This document shows, in pieces, positions 49,144 to 59,170 of a stretch of 64,000 nucleotides of DNA. The DNA lies in contig OZ246416.1 in assembly GCA_965231095.1 (NCBI GenBank), forward strand, positions 603,549-667,548, in the 5' to 3' direction. The first letter of the stretch is position 1, and the number at the start of each line of letters is the position of its first letter. The position numbers and the translations under genes are program-made. The DNA is from an uncultured Gammaproteobacteria bacterium. GTDB lineage: Bacteria > Patescibacteriota > Patescibacteriia > XYB2-FULL-38-15. The notes beneath the pieces are model-generated. The model ran no database searches. It saw only the letters and a list, made by a program, of their open reading frames with translations, and had not been told where the DNA came from.

Positions 49144-50571
49144 TTGCCTGCTATGTCTCTCACCCGTCAAGTCGCGCACAACATGATTTATCAAGTCGGT
49201 GGAAAAATTCTTTCCACTATTTTAGGTTTGGCGGCGCTCGCTATGATGACGAGATATCTGGGCCAAGACGGCTACGGCGGATACACCACTATAATTTCTT
49301 TTTTGCAATTTTTCGGAATTTTGGTTGATTTCGGTTTGACCTTGACCACGGTGCAGATGATTTCCGAACCAAACGCCAACCTCAATAAAATCACCAGCAA
49401 CATTTTTACTTTAAGATTTTTTTCCGCAATAATTTTTTTGGGCCTGGCCCCGCTCGTCGTTTTATTTTTTCCCTATGATGCGACTTTAAAGCTTGGCGTA
49501 GCCATTACCGCCTTTTCGTTTTTGTTCATCGCCTTGAACCAAGTTTTAATCGGCCTTTTCCAAAAAAATCTTCGCATGGAAAAAGTTGCGATCGCGGAAA
49601 ATCTTGGCCGAGTCGTCCTTGTCGCCGGAATCGCCATCGTCACATATCTCAAGGCCGGACTGCTCGCCGTCTTGCTCGCGGTAATTTTGGGAAGTTTCGC
49701 AAATTTTTTGATGAATTTTATTTTCTCCCTGAAATATGTCCGAATCAGATTTGTTTTTGACTGGCCGATTTGGAAAGAAATTTACCGCCGCTCCTGGCCG
49801 ATCGGACTTTCCATTATTTTCAATCTTGTATATTTAAAAGCTGACGTGATTGTTTTATCTCTTTTCCAAAGCCAAGCCACGGTCGGACTTTACGGCGCTT
49901 CTTACCGGGTTTTAGACGTCTTGACCACTCTGCCGATGATGTTTACGGGGCTTGTTCTGCCAATCCTCACCGCCGCGTGGGCGGAAAAAAATTTGGAAAG
50001 ATTCTCGCGGCTGGTAAAAAAATCTTTTGATTTTTTAATGATGATAATCGTCCCGATAATTTTTGGCGCGATGATACTTGGCGAACGAATTATGAGCGCG
50101 GTAGCCGGAGCTGATTTTTATCTTTCCGGAACAATTTTAAAAATTTTGATTTTGGCGGCCGGGGCGATTTTTGTCGGCACGCTTTTTGGCCACGTGATAG
50201 TCGCGATCCAAAAACAAAAACAAATGATCTGGGCCTACGCGACAGTTGCAATTATTTCTCTCCTCGCTTATATTATTTTAATCCCTCGCTACAGTTTTTG
50301 GGCGGCGGCCTGGATTACCGTCGCCTCGGAAGGAGCTATCGCCCTTGTTTCATTTCTGGTTGTCTTCAAAAATACCCGCCTGCTTCCTTCGGGAATGGTT
50401 TTAGGAAAATCAATCATCGCGAGCATTTTAATGAGCGCGGGAATTTATTTTCTAATTGGGATGAATATTTTATTTTTGATTTTACTCGGCGCGGCAATTT
50501 ATTTTTCCCTTCTTTATTTACTTCGGGGATTTAGCAAGGAAACCGTTTTGGAAATTATAAAATTAAAATGA
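49144..50571 (+). CDS. Wzx-like polysaccharide/oligosaccharide flippase (MOP superfamily).
   Basis: 475 aa, about 14 predicted TM helices. The N-terminus MPAMSLTRQVAHNMIYQVGGKILSTILGLAALAMMTRYLGQDGYGGYTTI is typical of polysaccharide-biosynthesis/flippase family proteins. Confidence 0.7.
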   Translation: MPAMSLTRQVAHNMIYQVGGKILSTILGLAALAMMTRYLGQDGYGGYTTIISFLQFFGILVDFGLTLTTVQMISEPNANLNKITSNIFTLRFFSAIIFLGLAPLVVLFFPYDATLKLGVAITAFSFLFIALNQVLIGLFQKNLRMEKVAIAENLGRVVLVAGIAIVTYLKAGLLAVLLAVILGSFANFLMNFIFSLKYVRIRFVFDWPIWKEIYRRSWPIGLSIIFNLVYLKADVIVLSLFQSQATVGLYGASYRVLDVLTTLPMMFTGLVLPILTAAWAEKNLERFSRLVKKSFDFLMMIIVPIIFGAMILGERIMSAVAGADFYLSGTILKILILAAGAIFVGTLFGHVIVAIQKQKQMIWAYATVAIISLLAYIILIPRYSFWAAAWITVASEGAIALVSFLVVFKNTRLLPSGMVLGKSIIASILMSAGIYFLIGMNILFLILLGAAIYFSLLYLLRGFSKETVLEIIKLK

Positions 50572-51878
50572 TTATACTTTTACCAATTTTATTAATTTTA
50601 TTCTTCTGCGGCTTTGCCTATTTGGCTTGGCGTAATTTACTTTGGGCCACCGCCGCGCTTCTCGCCCTCCTCCCATCTTATTTAATCAGATTTTCCCTTG
50701 GTTCAATGCCCATGACCTTGCTTGAAACAATGATTCTGATTCTCTTCGCGGTTTGGTTTTTAAAACTAAAATTAAAAAAAGAAAAATTCAGCTCGTCCCT
50801 CAAAATTTTAGAAAAGAAAAATTGGACGTGGCTGATTTTCGCCTGGCTGATTTTTGCCATGGTTTCTCTTCTCATTTCTCCGGACCTGCGCGCCGCCGCG
50901 GGAATTTTTAAAGCCTATTTTTTTGAACCTGTTCTTTTCTTGCTCGTTTTTTTGAGCGTCGTCAAAACAAAAAAAGATTTGGATATAGTTTTTTACGCCC
51001 TGGGAATTTCCGCGCTCGCTGTTTCCGCCTTCGCCATTTACCAAAAATTTACCGGCTTTGCCATTCCCAATCCAATCTGGCAAGCGGCGGCGACAAGACG
51101 TGTCACAAGTTTCTATGGATACCCAAACGCCATCGGACTTTATCTCGCCCCGATTGTTGTATTCTACGTCGGCTGGCTGATCTCAAAATTTCAAGCTTTA
51201 AGTTTTAAATTTCAAAAAACTTTAATTACAAATTTTAAACCATTAATTTTTCAACTCTTTGTTATTGTTCTCTCCCTCGTGGCCATCATCTTCGCCCGCT
51301 CCGAAGGTGCCTATGTTGGAGTTTTGGCCGGGTTATTTTTTCTTGGATTAATGACAAAAAAACTGCGCTGGCCAACGGTTGCCCTCGCGATTATTTTTGT
51401 TACGGTTATCGCGCTTGTCCCGCAATTTAGGCATTACGCCGTAGAGCAAATAACTTTTCAAAACGATTCGGGAAAAGTTCGCCAAATTATGTGGCGGGAA
51501 ACTTGGCGAATGCTTCACGATCGAATTTTTTCCGGCGCGGGCTTAGCGGGATATCAAGAAAATTTTGCCCCGTACCACAAGGCACTGCATATTGAAATTT
51601 ACCTCTACCCTCATAATTTATTTTTAAATTTTTGGAGTGAATTGGGCCTCGGCGGTTTGATTGTTTTTTTATTAATGATGATAAAATTTTTCAAAGACAG
51701 TATCAAAAACTTATTCGTTATTCGTTACTCGTTACTCGTTACTCTAATGGCCGCCATGATCACAATTCTTGTCCACGGCCTGGTTGACGTTCCCTATTTT
51801 AAAAATGACCTGGCGATTTTGTTTTGGCTAATAATTGGCTTGTCTCTTTTGGAATTAAAAAAGATGGCGAAAAAATAA
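50568..51878 (+). CDS. O-antigen ligase / Wzy-like polymerase family membrane protein.
   Basis: 436 aa, multi-TM, with a large loop between helices. It is translationally coupled to the flippase (4-nt overlap). Confidence 0.5.
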   Translation: MIILLPILLILFFCGFAYLAWRNLLWATAALLALLPSYLIRFSLGSMPMTLLETMILILFAVWFLKLKLKKEKFSSSLKILEKKNWTWLIFAWLIFAMVSLLISPDLRAAAGIFKAYFFEPVLFLLVFLSVVKTKKDLDIVFYALGISALAVSAFAIYQKFTGFAIPNPIWQAAATRRVTSFYGYPNAIGLYLAPIVVFYVGWLISKFQALSFKFQKTLITNFKPLIFQLFVIVLSLVAIIFARSEGAYVGVLAGLFFLGLMTKKLRWPTVALAIIFVTVIALVPQFRHYAVEQITFQNDSGKVRQIMWRETWRMLHDRIFSGAGLAGYQENFAPYHKALHIEIYLYPHNLFLNFWSELGLGGLIVFLLMMIKFFKDSIKNLFVIRYSLLVTLMAAMITILVHGLVDVPYFKNDLAILFWLIIGLSLLELKKMAKK

Positions 51879-52013
51879 TTTTAAATTACAACAGAAAAAC
51901 CTCCCCCGCGAAAAGCGGGTTTTTGTTTTATTTTGAACGGGATTGACATTTTTCTTATTTTATGTAAGAATATATTGTTTGGGACGTTCCAACTAAACGG
52001 AAGGAGGGGTTAG

Positions 52014-52769
52014 ATGGAAACCAAGCTGATGGCGATCGTAATCGCCCTTTTCGTGGCGAGCTGCGGACTGGACACCGAAGGCCTGGGCGAACCCGACGAA
52101 GGGACTCTGCCCGAAGCGTCCGACGATACGGAGCCCGACATCGGCCCGGACGAAATCGTGGCCGACGTTCCCGGAGAAGACGCGGCCGAGGAAGACAGCG
52201 GGCATGACGAAGCGACGCCCGAAGAGACGACTGAAGACACCGTTGACTCCACCGAAGATGCTGAGCCGGAAGACGCGGACGACGCCGAAGACGTAGTCGA
52301 CGACGCGGCCGACGAAGGCAGCGAAGCTGACGCGGAAGACGCAGGAACCGAAGATGGCGATGCCGAAGACGGAGCAATCGATCCCTGCGCTCTGCCGGAA
52401 ATTCCGACAACAGGAATCTTCATCTTCTACTGCTTTGACTACGATCTCCTCTCCCCATTCGCGCTGGAATTTCAAATCGAACAAGGGGGCCTTCCGGTTG
52501 TCAGCTGGCGAGGATCGCCCGAGTGCACGTTCACCTCTCGCTCTCGCCGATTCGAATGCACTCTCACCCCGCTCGTCTGGGATGCGACCTACGTCTGGAA
52601 CATCCGGCTTGACCCTGGGGTCGGGATCGGTTGGTCGTGCGGACCAGAACTCCTTGAGATCTGGGGCACGCCACGAGCCTGGCTCAATGGAGTCGAACTG
52701 GCCGTCGACCCGGTGACAAACGGCGACGGCGGCTGCAACCACAGCTTCACGACGCCACCTCCTCCCTAA
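52014..52769 (+). CDS. Acidic putative lipoprotein (GC-rich islet).
   Basis: SD GGAAGGAGGGG lies upstream. Signal peptide with lipobox-like VASC. The Asp/Glu-rich N-terminal half and a Cys-containing C-terminal domain follow. High GC. Confidence 0.5.
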   Translation: METKLMAIVIALFVASCGLDTEGLGEPDEGTLPEASDDTEPDIGPDEIVADVPGEDAAEEDSGHDEATPEETTEDTVDSTEDAEPEDADDAEDVVDDAADEGSEADAEDAGTEDGDAEDGAIDPCALPEIPTTGIFIFYCFDYDLLSPFALEFQIEQGGLPVVSWRGSPECTFTSRSRRFECTLTPLVWDATYVWNIRLDPGVGIGWSCGPELLEIWGTPRAWLNGVELAVDPVTNGDGGCNHSFTTPPPP

Positions 52770-52824
52770 CTGGGAAACGGGCGCCCGAGTTAATCACTCC
52801 GGCGCCCAATTTTTTACTAAAAAC

Positions 52825-52853
52825 TGGACAAAATCAGCGAAACGTGCTATAAT
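52825..52853 (+). promoter_or_regulatory. Sigma70-like promoter (TGGACA-17-TATAAT).
   Basis: TGGACA (52825-52830), a 17-nt spacer, then TATAAT (52848-52853). It may drive tRNA-Ser about 240 nt downstream, or a small RNA. Confidence 0.4.
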
Positions 52854-53093
52854 ATAATAATGTAAAAGAAAAATCGGCTTTTTTATTTTTGTCTGCTGAA
52901 ATTATAAAGTAAACAAATTAAAAAAGAGGGGGATCTTTTGCTAAATTCGTTCTTTTTTAAAATTTGCCCGCCGTCCAGGCGGGGTAAAAATCAAAACAAA
53001 AACAAAAATAAGGAGCCGTCGCGCTCTTTATTTTATTTTTCCTTTATTTTATTATAAAAAAATGTTAAATTAATATCATAACTTGCTCAGAGC

Positions 53094-53180
53094 GGAGGAG
53101 TGGCCGAGCGGTTGAAGGCGCGGGTCTCGAAAACCCGTATACTTGAAAGAGTATCGTGAGTTCGAATCTCACCTCCTCCG
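53094..53180 (+). tRNA. tRNA-Ser (anticodon CGA).
   Basis: GGAGGAG-TG-GCCGAGCGGTTGAAGGCG-CGGGT-CTCGAAA-ACCCG-TATACTTGAAAGAGTATCG-TGAGTTCGAATCTCAC-CTCCTCC-G. Long variable arm. Confidence 0.85.
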
Positions 53181-53216
53181 TTTTGGGTAAGTTTATTAAC
53201 TCCTAAGACTCCTTTT

Positions 53217-53837
53217 ATGAAACTTCGCGGCACAAAACTTAAATACTATTTTCTCCAAGACATTAATCCCGTCGTCCGCTTTTTAATAATTTCCGATACT
53301 GTCATTATGGGAGCGGCCGGTTTGCTTGGCCCGATTTTCGCACTTTTTATTACTGATTTCATCCGCGGCGGAAACGAAGCAGTCGCGGGTCTCGCCGCCG
53401 GAATTTATCTTTTAACAAAGAGTGTCTTTCAAGTCCCCATCGCCCACTTAATAGACAGAATCCGCGGAGAAAAAGATGATTTTTGGCTTATGTTTATTTT
53501 TTCGGCCTTAATCGCCGTTATCCCCCTTTTGTATCTTGTAATCAACGAGCCATGGGAACTTTATGCCGTACAATTTATTTTAGGCCTCTTCACTGCCTTT
53601 ACTTTTCCAACTTATATGGCGATATTTACCCGCCATATTGATAAAGAAAAAGAAGGAACCGAATGGGGCGTTTATTTCACCTTGACTGATTTAACTGGGG
53701 CGGCGCTAGCAGCCCTCGGCGGATACATCGCGGCTATCAGCGGTTTTCCCATTCTTATTATTACGGTTGTCGTCGTTTCTTTTCTTGGCTCGCTCTTACT
53801 TTTACCAATAAAATCTTACATTAAAAAACCTAGTTAA
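53217..53837 (+). CDS. Six-TM membrane protein resembling half of an MFS transporter, possibly truncated.
   Basis: 206 aa with six hydrophobic segments. About half the size of a full MFS transporter. Confidence 0.4.
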   Translation: MKLRGTKLKYYFLQDINPVVRFLIISDTVIMGAAGLLGPIFALFITDFIRGGNEAVAGLAAGIYLLTKSVFQVPIAHLIDRIRGEKDDFWLMFIFSALIAVIPLLYLVINEPWELYAVQFILGLFTAFTFPTYMAIFTRHIDKEKEGTEWGVYFTLTDLTGAALAALGGYIAAISGFPILIITVVVVSFLGSLLLLPIKSYIKKPS

Positions 53838-53943
53838 AATTTAACCCGCCCTGGCGCGCAGTTGACAAAATAGTTTTTCTATATTATAATTCAAGATTGA
53901 AGAAATTAACTTTCTGCTTTCCGGCGGATTTTTTATTTAAATT

Positions 53944-55758
53944 ATGAACAACATCAGAAACATTGCTATTATCGCGCACGTTGACCACGGCAAAACTACC
54001 CTGGTCGACGCCTTACTCCATCAATCGTCCACCAATGTCGGTAAAGATAATATCGGCAGGATTTGTATTATGGATTCAAATGAATTGGAGCGCGAACGCG
54101 GCATTACCATTTTTTCCAAAAATGCGTCAGTGCAGTGGAATGATACAAAAATAAATATTATTGACACTCCCGGCCACGCTGATTTTGGCGGCGAGGTGGA
54201 ACGAGTTTTAAATATGGCCGACGGCTGTTTGCTTTTGGTTGATGCCAAAGAAGGGCCGATGCCGCAAACGAGATTTGTTTTAAAAAAAGCTCTGGAACTT
54301 GGACATAAAATTATTGTGGTAATTAATAAAATTGACAAACCGCACGCCCGGCCGGATTTTGCTTTGGACAAAACTTTTGATTTATTTGTGGAACTGGGCG
54401 CTTCGGACGACGCTCTGGATTTTCCCGTGATTTACGCTTCGGCCAAACTCGGCCTCGCGGGAACCGAACCGGACATTTCTAAAATGAAAGATATCACGCC
54501 AATTTTTGAAACAATTTTAAAACACGTGCCGGCCCCCATCGGCGACGCGAATGCACCCCTGCAAATGTTAGTGGCAAATATTTCCGGCGATACTTTCAGG
54601 GGGAGAATAGGCATTGGCCGAGTTTATAACGGGACATTAAAAGTCGGCCAAGATGTTGCCCATATCAATCGTGAAGGACAAATGGCAAAATACCGTTTGG
54701 TTTCTTTGATGACTTTTTGCGGCCTGGAAAGAGTTGAAGCAAAAGAAGTCGCCGCCGGAGACATCGCGGCAATTTCCGGCGTACCAAATCTCACGATCGG
54801 CGAAACAATCGCCGACGCGATAAATCCAAAAGCTCTGCCGGTTTTGAGTATTGAAGAACCAACCGTCAAAATGACTTTTATGATTAACGATTCTCCGTTT
54901 GCCGGAACCGAAGGCCAGTTCACTACCTCGCGGCAAATTCAAGAACGTCTGCAAAAAGAATTGGAAAATGATATGGCTCTCAAAGTTTCTGACGCAGCCG
55001 AAGGCGGATGGATTGTTTCCGGACGCGGCGAATTACATTTATCAATTTTAATTGAAAGAATGCGCCGCGAAGGTTTTGAACTCCAAGTTTCCCGTCCAAA
55101 AGTTATTGAAAAAGAAATTGATGGAAAAAGAATGACGCCATACGAACGCGTTTTTGTTGAAGTGCCTGAAACGCACTCCGGAATTGTAATTCAAAAATTG
55201 GGCGGACGAAAAGGCGAATTAAAAGACATGAAAACGGTTGACGGCATTACTTTTTTAGAATTTTTAATTCCTACCCGCGGACTTTTTGGTTATCGCAGTG
55301 AATTTTTAACTGATACCCGCGGCCTGGGAATTATGAATACAAATTTCGCCGAGTATCTTCCCGACCCGGGCAATTGGCGCGAACGCGATCAGGGTTCACT
55401 TGTGGCGCATGAATCCGGAACAACAAATCTTTACGGCATGTTGAATGTTCAAGACCGCGGCGTATTTTTTATTGGCCCGGCTGTTAAAGTTTACGAGGGA
55501 CAAGTTGTCGGACAAAACGCGCGAACTGGCGACATCCGTGTGAACGTTTGCAAAGCCAAAGAACTTTCTAACATGCGTTCCAAGGGCGACGGTTCGGCTG
55601 AACACTTTAACGCGCCAAAAGAAATGAACCTTGAAGCCGCGCTGGAATATATTGGCGATGACGAACTGGTTGAAGTAACGCCAAAAAGTACTCGCATCAG
55701 AAAAATTTATTTGGATGAAATCACGGCGAAGAGAATGTCGAGAACAAATCGAGAGTAA
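53944..55758 (+). CDS. typA: Translational GTPase TypA/BipA.
   Basis: 604 aa. MNNIRNIAIIAHVDHGKTTLVDALL..., G-domain motifs (DTPGHADF, NKID), EF-G-like domains. Confidence 0.9.
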   Translation: MNNIRNIAIIAHVDHGKTTLVDALLHQSSTNVGKDNIGRICIMDSNELERERGITIFSKNASVQWNDTKINIIDTPGHADFGGEVERVLNMADGCLLLVDAKEGPMPQTRFVLKKALELGHKIIVVINKIDKPHARPDFALDKTFDLFVELGASDDALDFPVIYASAKLGLAGTEPDISKMKDITPIFETILKHVPAPIGDANAPLQMLVANISGDTFRGRIGIGRVYNGTLKVGQDVAHINREGQMAKYRLVSLMTFCGLERVEAKEVAAGDIAAISGVPNLTIGETIADAINPKALPVLSIEEPTVKMTFMINDSPFAGTEGQFTTSRQIQERLQKELENDMALKVSDAAEGGWIVSGRGELHLSILIERMRREGFELQVSRPKVIEKEIDGKRMTPYERVFVEVPETHSGIVIQKLGGRKGELKDMKTVDGITFLEFLIPTRGLFGYRSEFLTDTRGLGIMNTNFAEYLPDPGNWRERDQGSLVAHESGTTNLYGMLNVQDRGVFFIGPAVKVYEGQVVGQNARTGDIRVNVCKAKELSNMRSKGDGSAEHFNAPKEMNLEAALEYIGDDELVEVTPKSTRIRKIYLDEITAKRMSRTNRE

Positions 55759-55831
55759 TTAATAACAAAAAAGACAGCCCCAGAAAGGACTGTCTTTTTT
55801 GTTATTAATACCAACTTCCGCGGTTTCGCGT

Positions 55832-56203
55832 CTAGAACTTAAACATATCAGCAAATTTTCCAACCACCGGTACTGGTTCTTGTTTTCCGCCCGCGGCGTT
55901 AACAATTCCCAAAATCATGAGCACCAAAAGTCCGAGCTGCAACAATCTCACCACCCAATAAAAACTAAACCACCAATACCACGGAATCATCATCCCAATA
56001 ATCCAAATAATCACGCCTATACAAAAAAGAACCAACCCCTGCTTTACGTGATATTTAACAAACGGGTCTTTGTGCGCGCCAGTCAAAAGCGGAATAAAAA
56101 ACAAGATGTAGGCAACAATTGCCATGCCCGTGTTTTTCTCCGACCCGCCAGATTGCGCCTTCGGCGGCTCTATCGCCGGCATTTGCGGTTTTTGCTCTTC
56201 CAT
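55832..56203 (-). CDS. Small membrane protein, DUF4870-like.
   Basis: 123 aa. AYILFFIPLLTGAHKDPFVKYHVKQGLVLF... motif and TM helices. The N-terminus is Pro/Gln-rich. Confidence 0.45.
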   Translation of the reverse strand: MEEQKPQMPAIEPPKAQSGGSEKNTGMAIVAYILFFIPLLTGAHKDPFVKYHVKQGLVLFCIGVIIWIIGMMIPWYWWFSFYWVVRLLQLGLLVLMILGIVNAAGGKQEPVPVVGKFADMFKF

Positions 56204-56342
56204 AAGAATTTTTGTTAAATTAATAATCTTTATATTATTATATCAAACTTTCAGTTTTATTGACAGAAAAATTATGCTATAATGAATCAAAGTTCACGGC
56301 TGACTGTTAACCGCGAACTGCCAACTGTTAACTATTTTATTT

Positions 56343-57215
56343 ATGACTCAAAAAATTCGTAAGGTTATTATCCCAGTTGCTGGTTATGGTACGAGGTTTT
56401 TGCCAGCGACCAAAGCTCAGCCGAAAGAAATGCTCCCGATTGTTGATAAACCGGTCATTCAATATATTGTTGAAGAAGCCGTAGCTTCGGGAATCACTGA
56501 TGTGATTTTGGTGACCGGCGCTTCAAAACGCGCCGTGGAAGATCATTTTGATTACAATTTTGAATTGCAAAGTTGGCTTAAAAAACAAGGCAAAGAAGTA
56601 ATTCGCCAAGAATTAAAAAATATCGCGGACATGGCGAATTTTATTTATATCAGACAAAAAGGTCCGTACGGCAACGCCACGCCGGTGATGAATTGCCGAC
56701 AGGTTGTGGGAAACGAACCGTTTGCCGTGCTTTCTGGCGATGATTTGATTTTAAACGGTATAAAACCTCGTCTCAAACAGTTAATAGAAGCTTACGAAAA
56801 ATATTCCGACCCGGTAATCACGGCCATCAAGGTCACCAAAGAAGAAACAAAAAAACACGGCATGCTTGACGCGCAAAAAATTGAAAAAAATATTTATCAA
56901 GTCAAAAAAATTGTAGAAAAACCCGGACCAGAAAAAACACCGTCACTTCTGGCTACGCTTTATGGCTATGTTTTAACACCTGATATTTTTGATGAACTGG
57001 AAAAATTAAAACCCGGAGCGGGCGGAGAGCTCTGGCTCCCGGAAGCTATTGATAATTTACTTAAGAAACGGCCGATTTATGCCTGTGAAGTTGATGGCAC
57101 TTATTACGATTGCGGTTCAAAAATCGGCTGGCTCAAGGCCAATGTTGATTTAGCTTTAGCGCGCCCGGAATTAAAACCAAGTTTTTCCAAATATTTGAAA
57201 AAATTAAAAGTATAG
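56343..57215 (+). CDS. galU: UTP--glucose-1-phosphate uridylyltransferase.
   Basis: 290 aa. KVIIPVAGYGTRFLPATKAQPKEMLPIVDKPVIQYIVEEA is the GalU signature. Confidence 0.85.
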   Translation: MTQKIRKVIIPVAGYGTRFLPATKAQPKEMLPIVDKPVIQYIVEEAVASGITDVILVTGASKRAVEDHFDYNFELQSWLKKQGKEVIRQELKNIADMANFIYIRQKGPYGNATPVMNCRQVVGNEPFAVLSGDDLILNGIKPRLKQLIEAYEKYSDPVITAIKVTKEETKKHGMLDAQKIEKNIYQVKKIVEKPGPEKTPSLLATLYGYVLTPDIFDELEKLKPGAGGELWLPEAIDNLLKKRPIYACEVDGTYYDCGSKIGWLKANVDLALARPELKPSFSKYLKKLKV

Positions 57216-57219
57216 TTTT

Positions 57220-58611
57220 ATGAAAAAACTCCTACCGCTTTTTTTACTTTTATCCTTCATCATTACCGCCGGACCAATCTGCAAGGGAACGCCGCAAGCG
57301 GCGCTTGAGGCAACAAAACCGGTCAACCTTGTTTATTGGCGGGTTTTTGACGACCAAGACGCTTTTGACGAAATCGTCACCGCCTACAAGGCAATTCATC
57401 CAAACGTTTCCATCACTTATCGCAAACTCCGCATGGAAGAATATGAAGAAACTCTTCTCGACGCCCTGGCTGAAGACCGCGGACCGGATTTATTTTCTAT
57501 TCCCAATACTTGGGTGCGGGAATATCAGACAAAAATTTTACCCCTGCCAAAATCCATCACTCTGCCGTATCAAGTGACGACCGGAACCATAAAAAAGGAA
57601 ACCACCATACAATTACAAACCGTGCCAACTCTTTCTCTTAGAGCCCTGAAAACAGATTTTATGGATCAGGTGGCAAAAGACGTTGTCCTAAAACATCAAG
57701 CAACTCCGGAGACCGCGGCCGAAGACAGAATTTTCGGTTTGCCTCTTTATCTTGATACCTTGGCGCTTTTTTATAACCGCGACATTTTAAATGCTTCAGC
57801 TATTCCCGAACCGCCCCGAACCTGGTCGGAATTTTCCGAAGACGTTAAAAAAATAGCGAAAATTGATAAACAAGGAAATATTTTACAATCGGGCGCGGCG
57901 TTTGGCACAGCCAAAAACGTTGAGCGCGCCGCAGACATTATTTCACTTTTAATGATGCAAAACGGAACAGCGATGACCGATGAGAACGGCAACGCGACTT
58001 TTGCCGCCATTCCCCCGGGATCATCTCTACCAAATCCGCCCGGAGAAGACGCCCTTGGTTTTTATACTGATTTTGCTTCGCCCTACAAAGAGGTTTACAC
58101 CTGGAACGGCAACCTGCCGAATTCGCTTGAAGCGTTTTCGACCGGCCGCGCCGCTTTTTTCTTTGGCTATTCTTATCATATCCCGCAAATCAGAAATCTC
58201 GCGCCAAAATTGAATTTTGCCATCTCCAAAATGCCGCAAATTGAAGGCAACCAAGAAATAAATTTTACCAATTACTGGGTGGAAACGGTTTCCACCAAAA
58301 CTAAAAATCAAAATGAGGCTTGGGATTTTTTACAGTTCGCCGCCAAAGCCGAGAATGCCGAAAAATTTTTGGCCAAAACAAAAAAACCGACCGCTCTCCG
58401 CTCGCTTGTCGCCAGCCAAATTGAAGACCTTGATTTGGCCGTCTTCGCTTCTGAACTTTTGACCGCCAAATCGTGGTATCAAGGAATGGACGCGCCGGCC
58501 ATGGAAAAAATATTTAGTGAAATGATAGAAAATGTGGTTGCCGGCACGCAAACCCTGAAGGAAGCGATCGGCTTGGCGCAAGGAAGAGTTAACCAGACAA
58601 TACGACAATAA
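57220..58611 (+). CDS. Extracellular solute-binding protein (family 1, sugar-type) with signal peptide.
   Basis: 463 aa. N-terminal signal MKKLLPLFLLLSFIITAG and family-1 SBP-like composition. No adjacent permease genes. Confidence 0.55.
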   Translation: MKKLLPLFLLLSFIITAGPICKGTPQAALEATKPVNLVYWRVFDDQDAFDEIVTAYKAIHPNVSITYRKLRMEEYEETLLDALAEDRGPDLFSIPNTWVREYQTKILPLPKSITLPYQVTTGTIKKETTIQLQTVPTLSLRALKTDFMDQVAKDVVLKHQATPETAAEDRIFGLPLYLDTLALFYNRDILNASAIPEPPRTWSEFSEDVKKIAKIDKQGNILQSGAAFGTAKNVERAADIISLLMMQNGTAMTDENGNATFAAIPPGSSLPNPPGEDALGFYTDFASPYKEVYTWNGNLPNSLEAFSTGRAAFFFGYSYHIPQIRNLAPKLNFAISKMPQIEGNQEINFTNYWVETVSTKTKNQNEAWDFLQFAAKAENAEKFLAKTKKPTALRSLVASQIEDLDLAVFASELLTAKSWYQGMDAPAMEKIFSEMIENVVAGTQTLKEAIGLAQGRVNQTIRQ

Positions 58612-58718
58612 AATTCCCGATTTCCAATTACTAATTTCCAATGAAATTTAAAAAATTAAATAATTTGTCATTAAACATTTATTAGAAATTGGAAATTAGA
58701 TATTAGAAATTTAAAAAT

Positions 58719-59147
58719 ATGCTTTTAAAACACAAAACCTTAATCACAATTATAATTGTTGGGTTTGGATTACTTGTCGCCCCCCCAACTTTTGCTTCCT
58801 GGCCGGCCACCCCGCTTTTGCCACCATGCACCACGGATGGCAATTGCGGTTTTAATGATTTTATTTTGCTCGGCGTCAATTTCACCAAAATGATTTTGGG
58901 TCTGGTCGGATCATTAGCTCTGCTTTTCTTTATTTATGGCGGCGTGATGTTTTTACTGGCCGGGGGAAAATCGGAAATGATTGAAAAGGGGAAAAAGATT
59001 ATTACCAATGCCGTGATTGGCGTCGCCATCGTGCTCGGCGCCTGGATAATCGTGAACTTTGCTATTGCCGCGCTTACCGGCACGCCGGTTAGTGATGTTA
59101 AAATTTTTGGCACGCAAGATTGGTGGCGAACTCCAGGGGAAGAATAA
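58719..59147 (+). CDS. Pilin-like paralog 1 (signal peptide + conserved two-TM C-terminal domain).
   Basis: 142 aa. Conserved core ...ILGLVGSLALLFFIYGGVMFLLAGGKSEMIEKGKKIITNAVIGVAIVLGAWIIVNFAI. Confidence 0.6.
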   Translation: MLLKHKTLITIIIVGFGLLVAPPTFASWPATPLLPPCTTDGNCGFNDFILLGVNFTKMILGLVGSLALLFFIYGGVMFLLAGGKSEMIEKGKKIITNAVIGVAIVLGAWIIVNFAIAALTGTPVSDVKIFGTQDWWRTPGEE

Positions 59148-59170
59148 TCTGAATTTCTAAAAAATAAAAT

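Noticed and set aside
52010-52769. Minus-strand ORFs 51993..52742, 51955..52410 and 52010..52423 rich in Arg, Ser and Ala.
   Set aside because: They are antisense to the GC-rich acidic lipoprotein gene (52014..52769 +). The plus ORF has the SD, signal peptide and lipobox, and the antisense frames are typical GC-rich artefacts.
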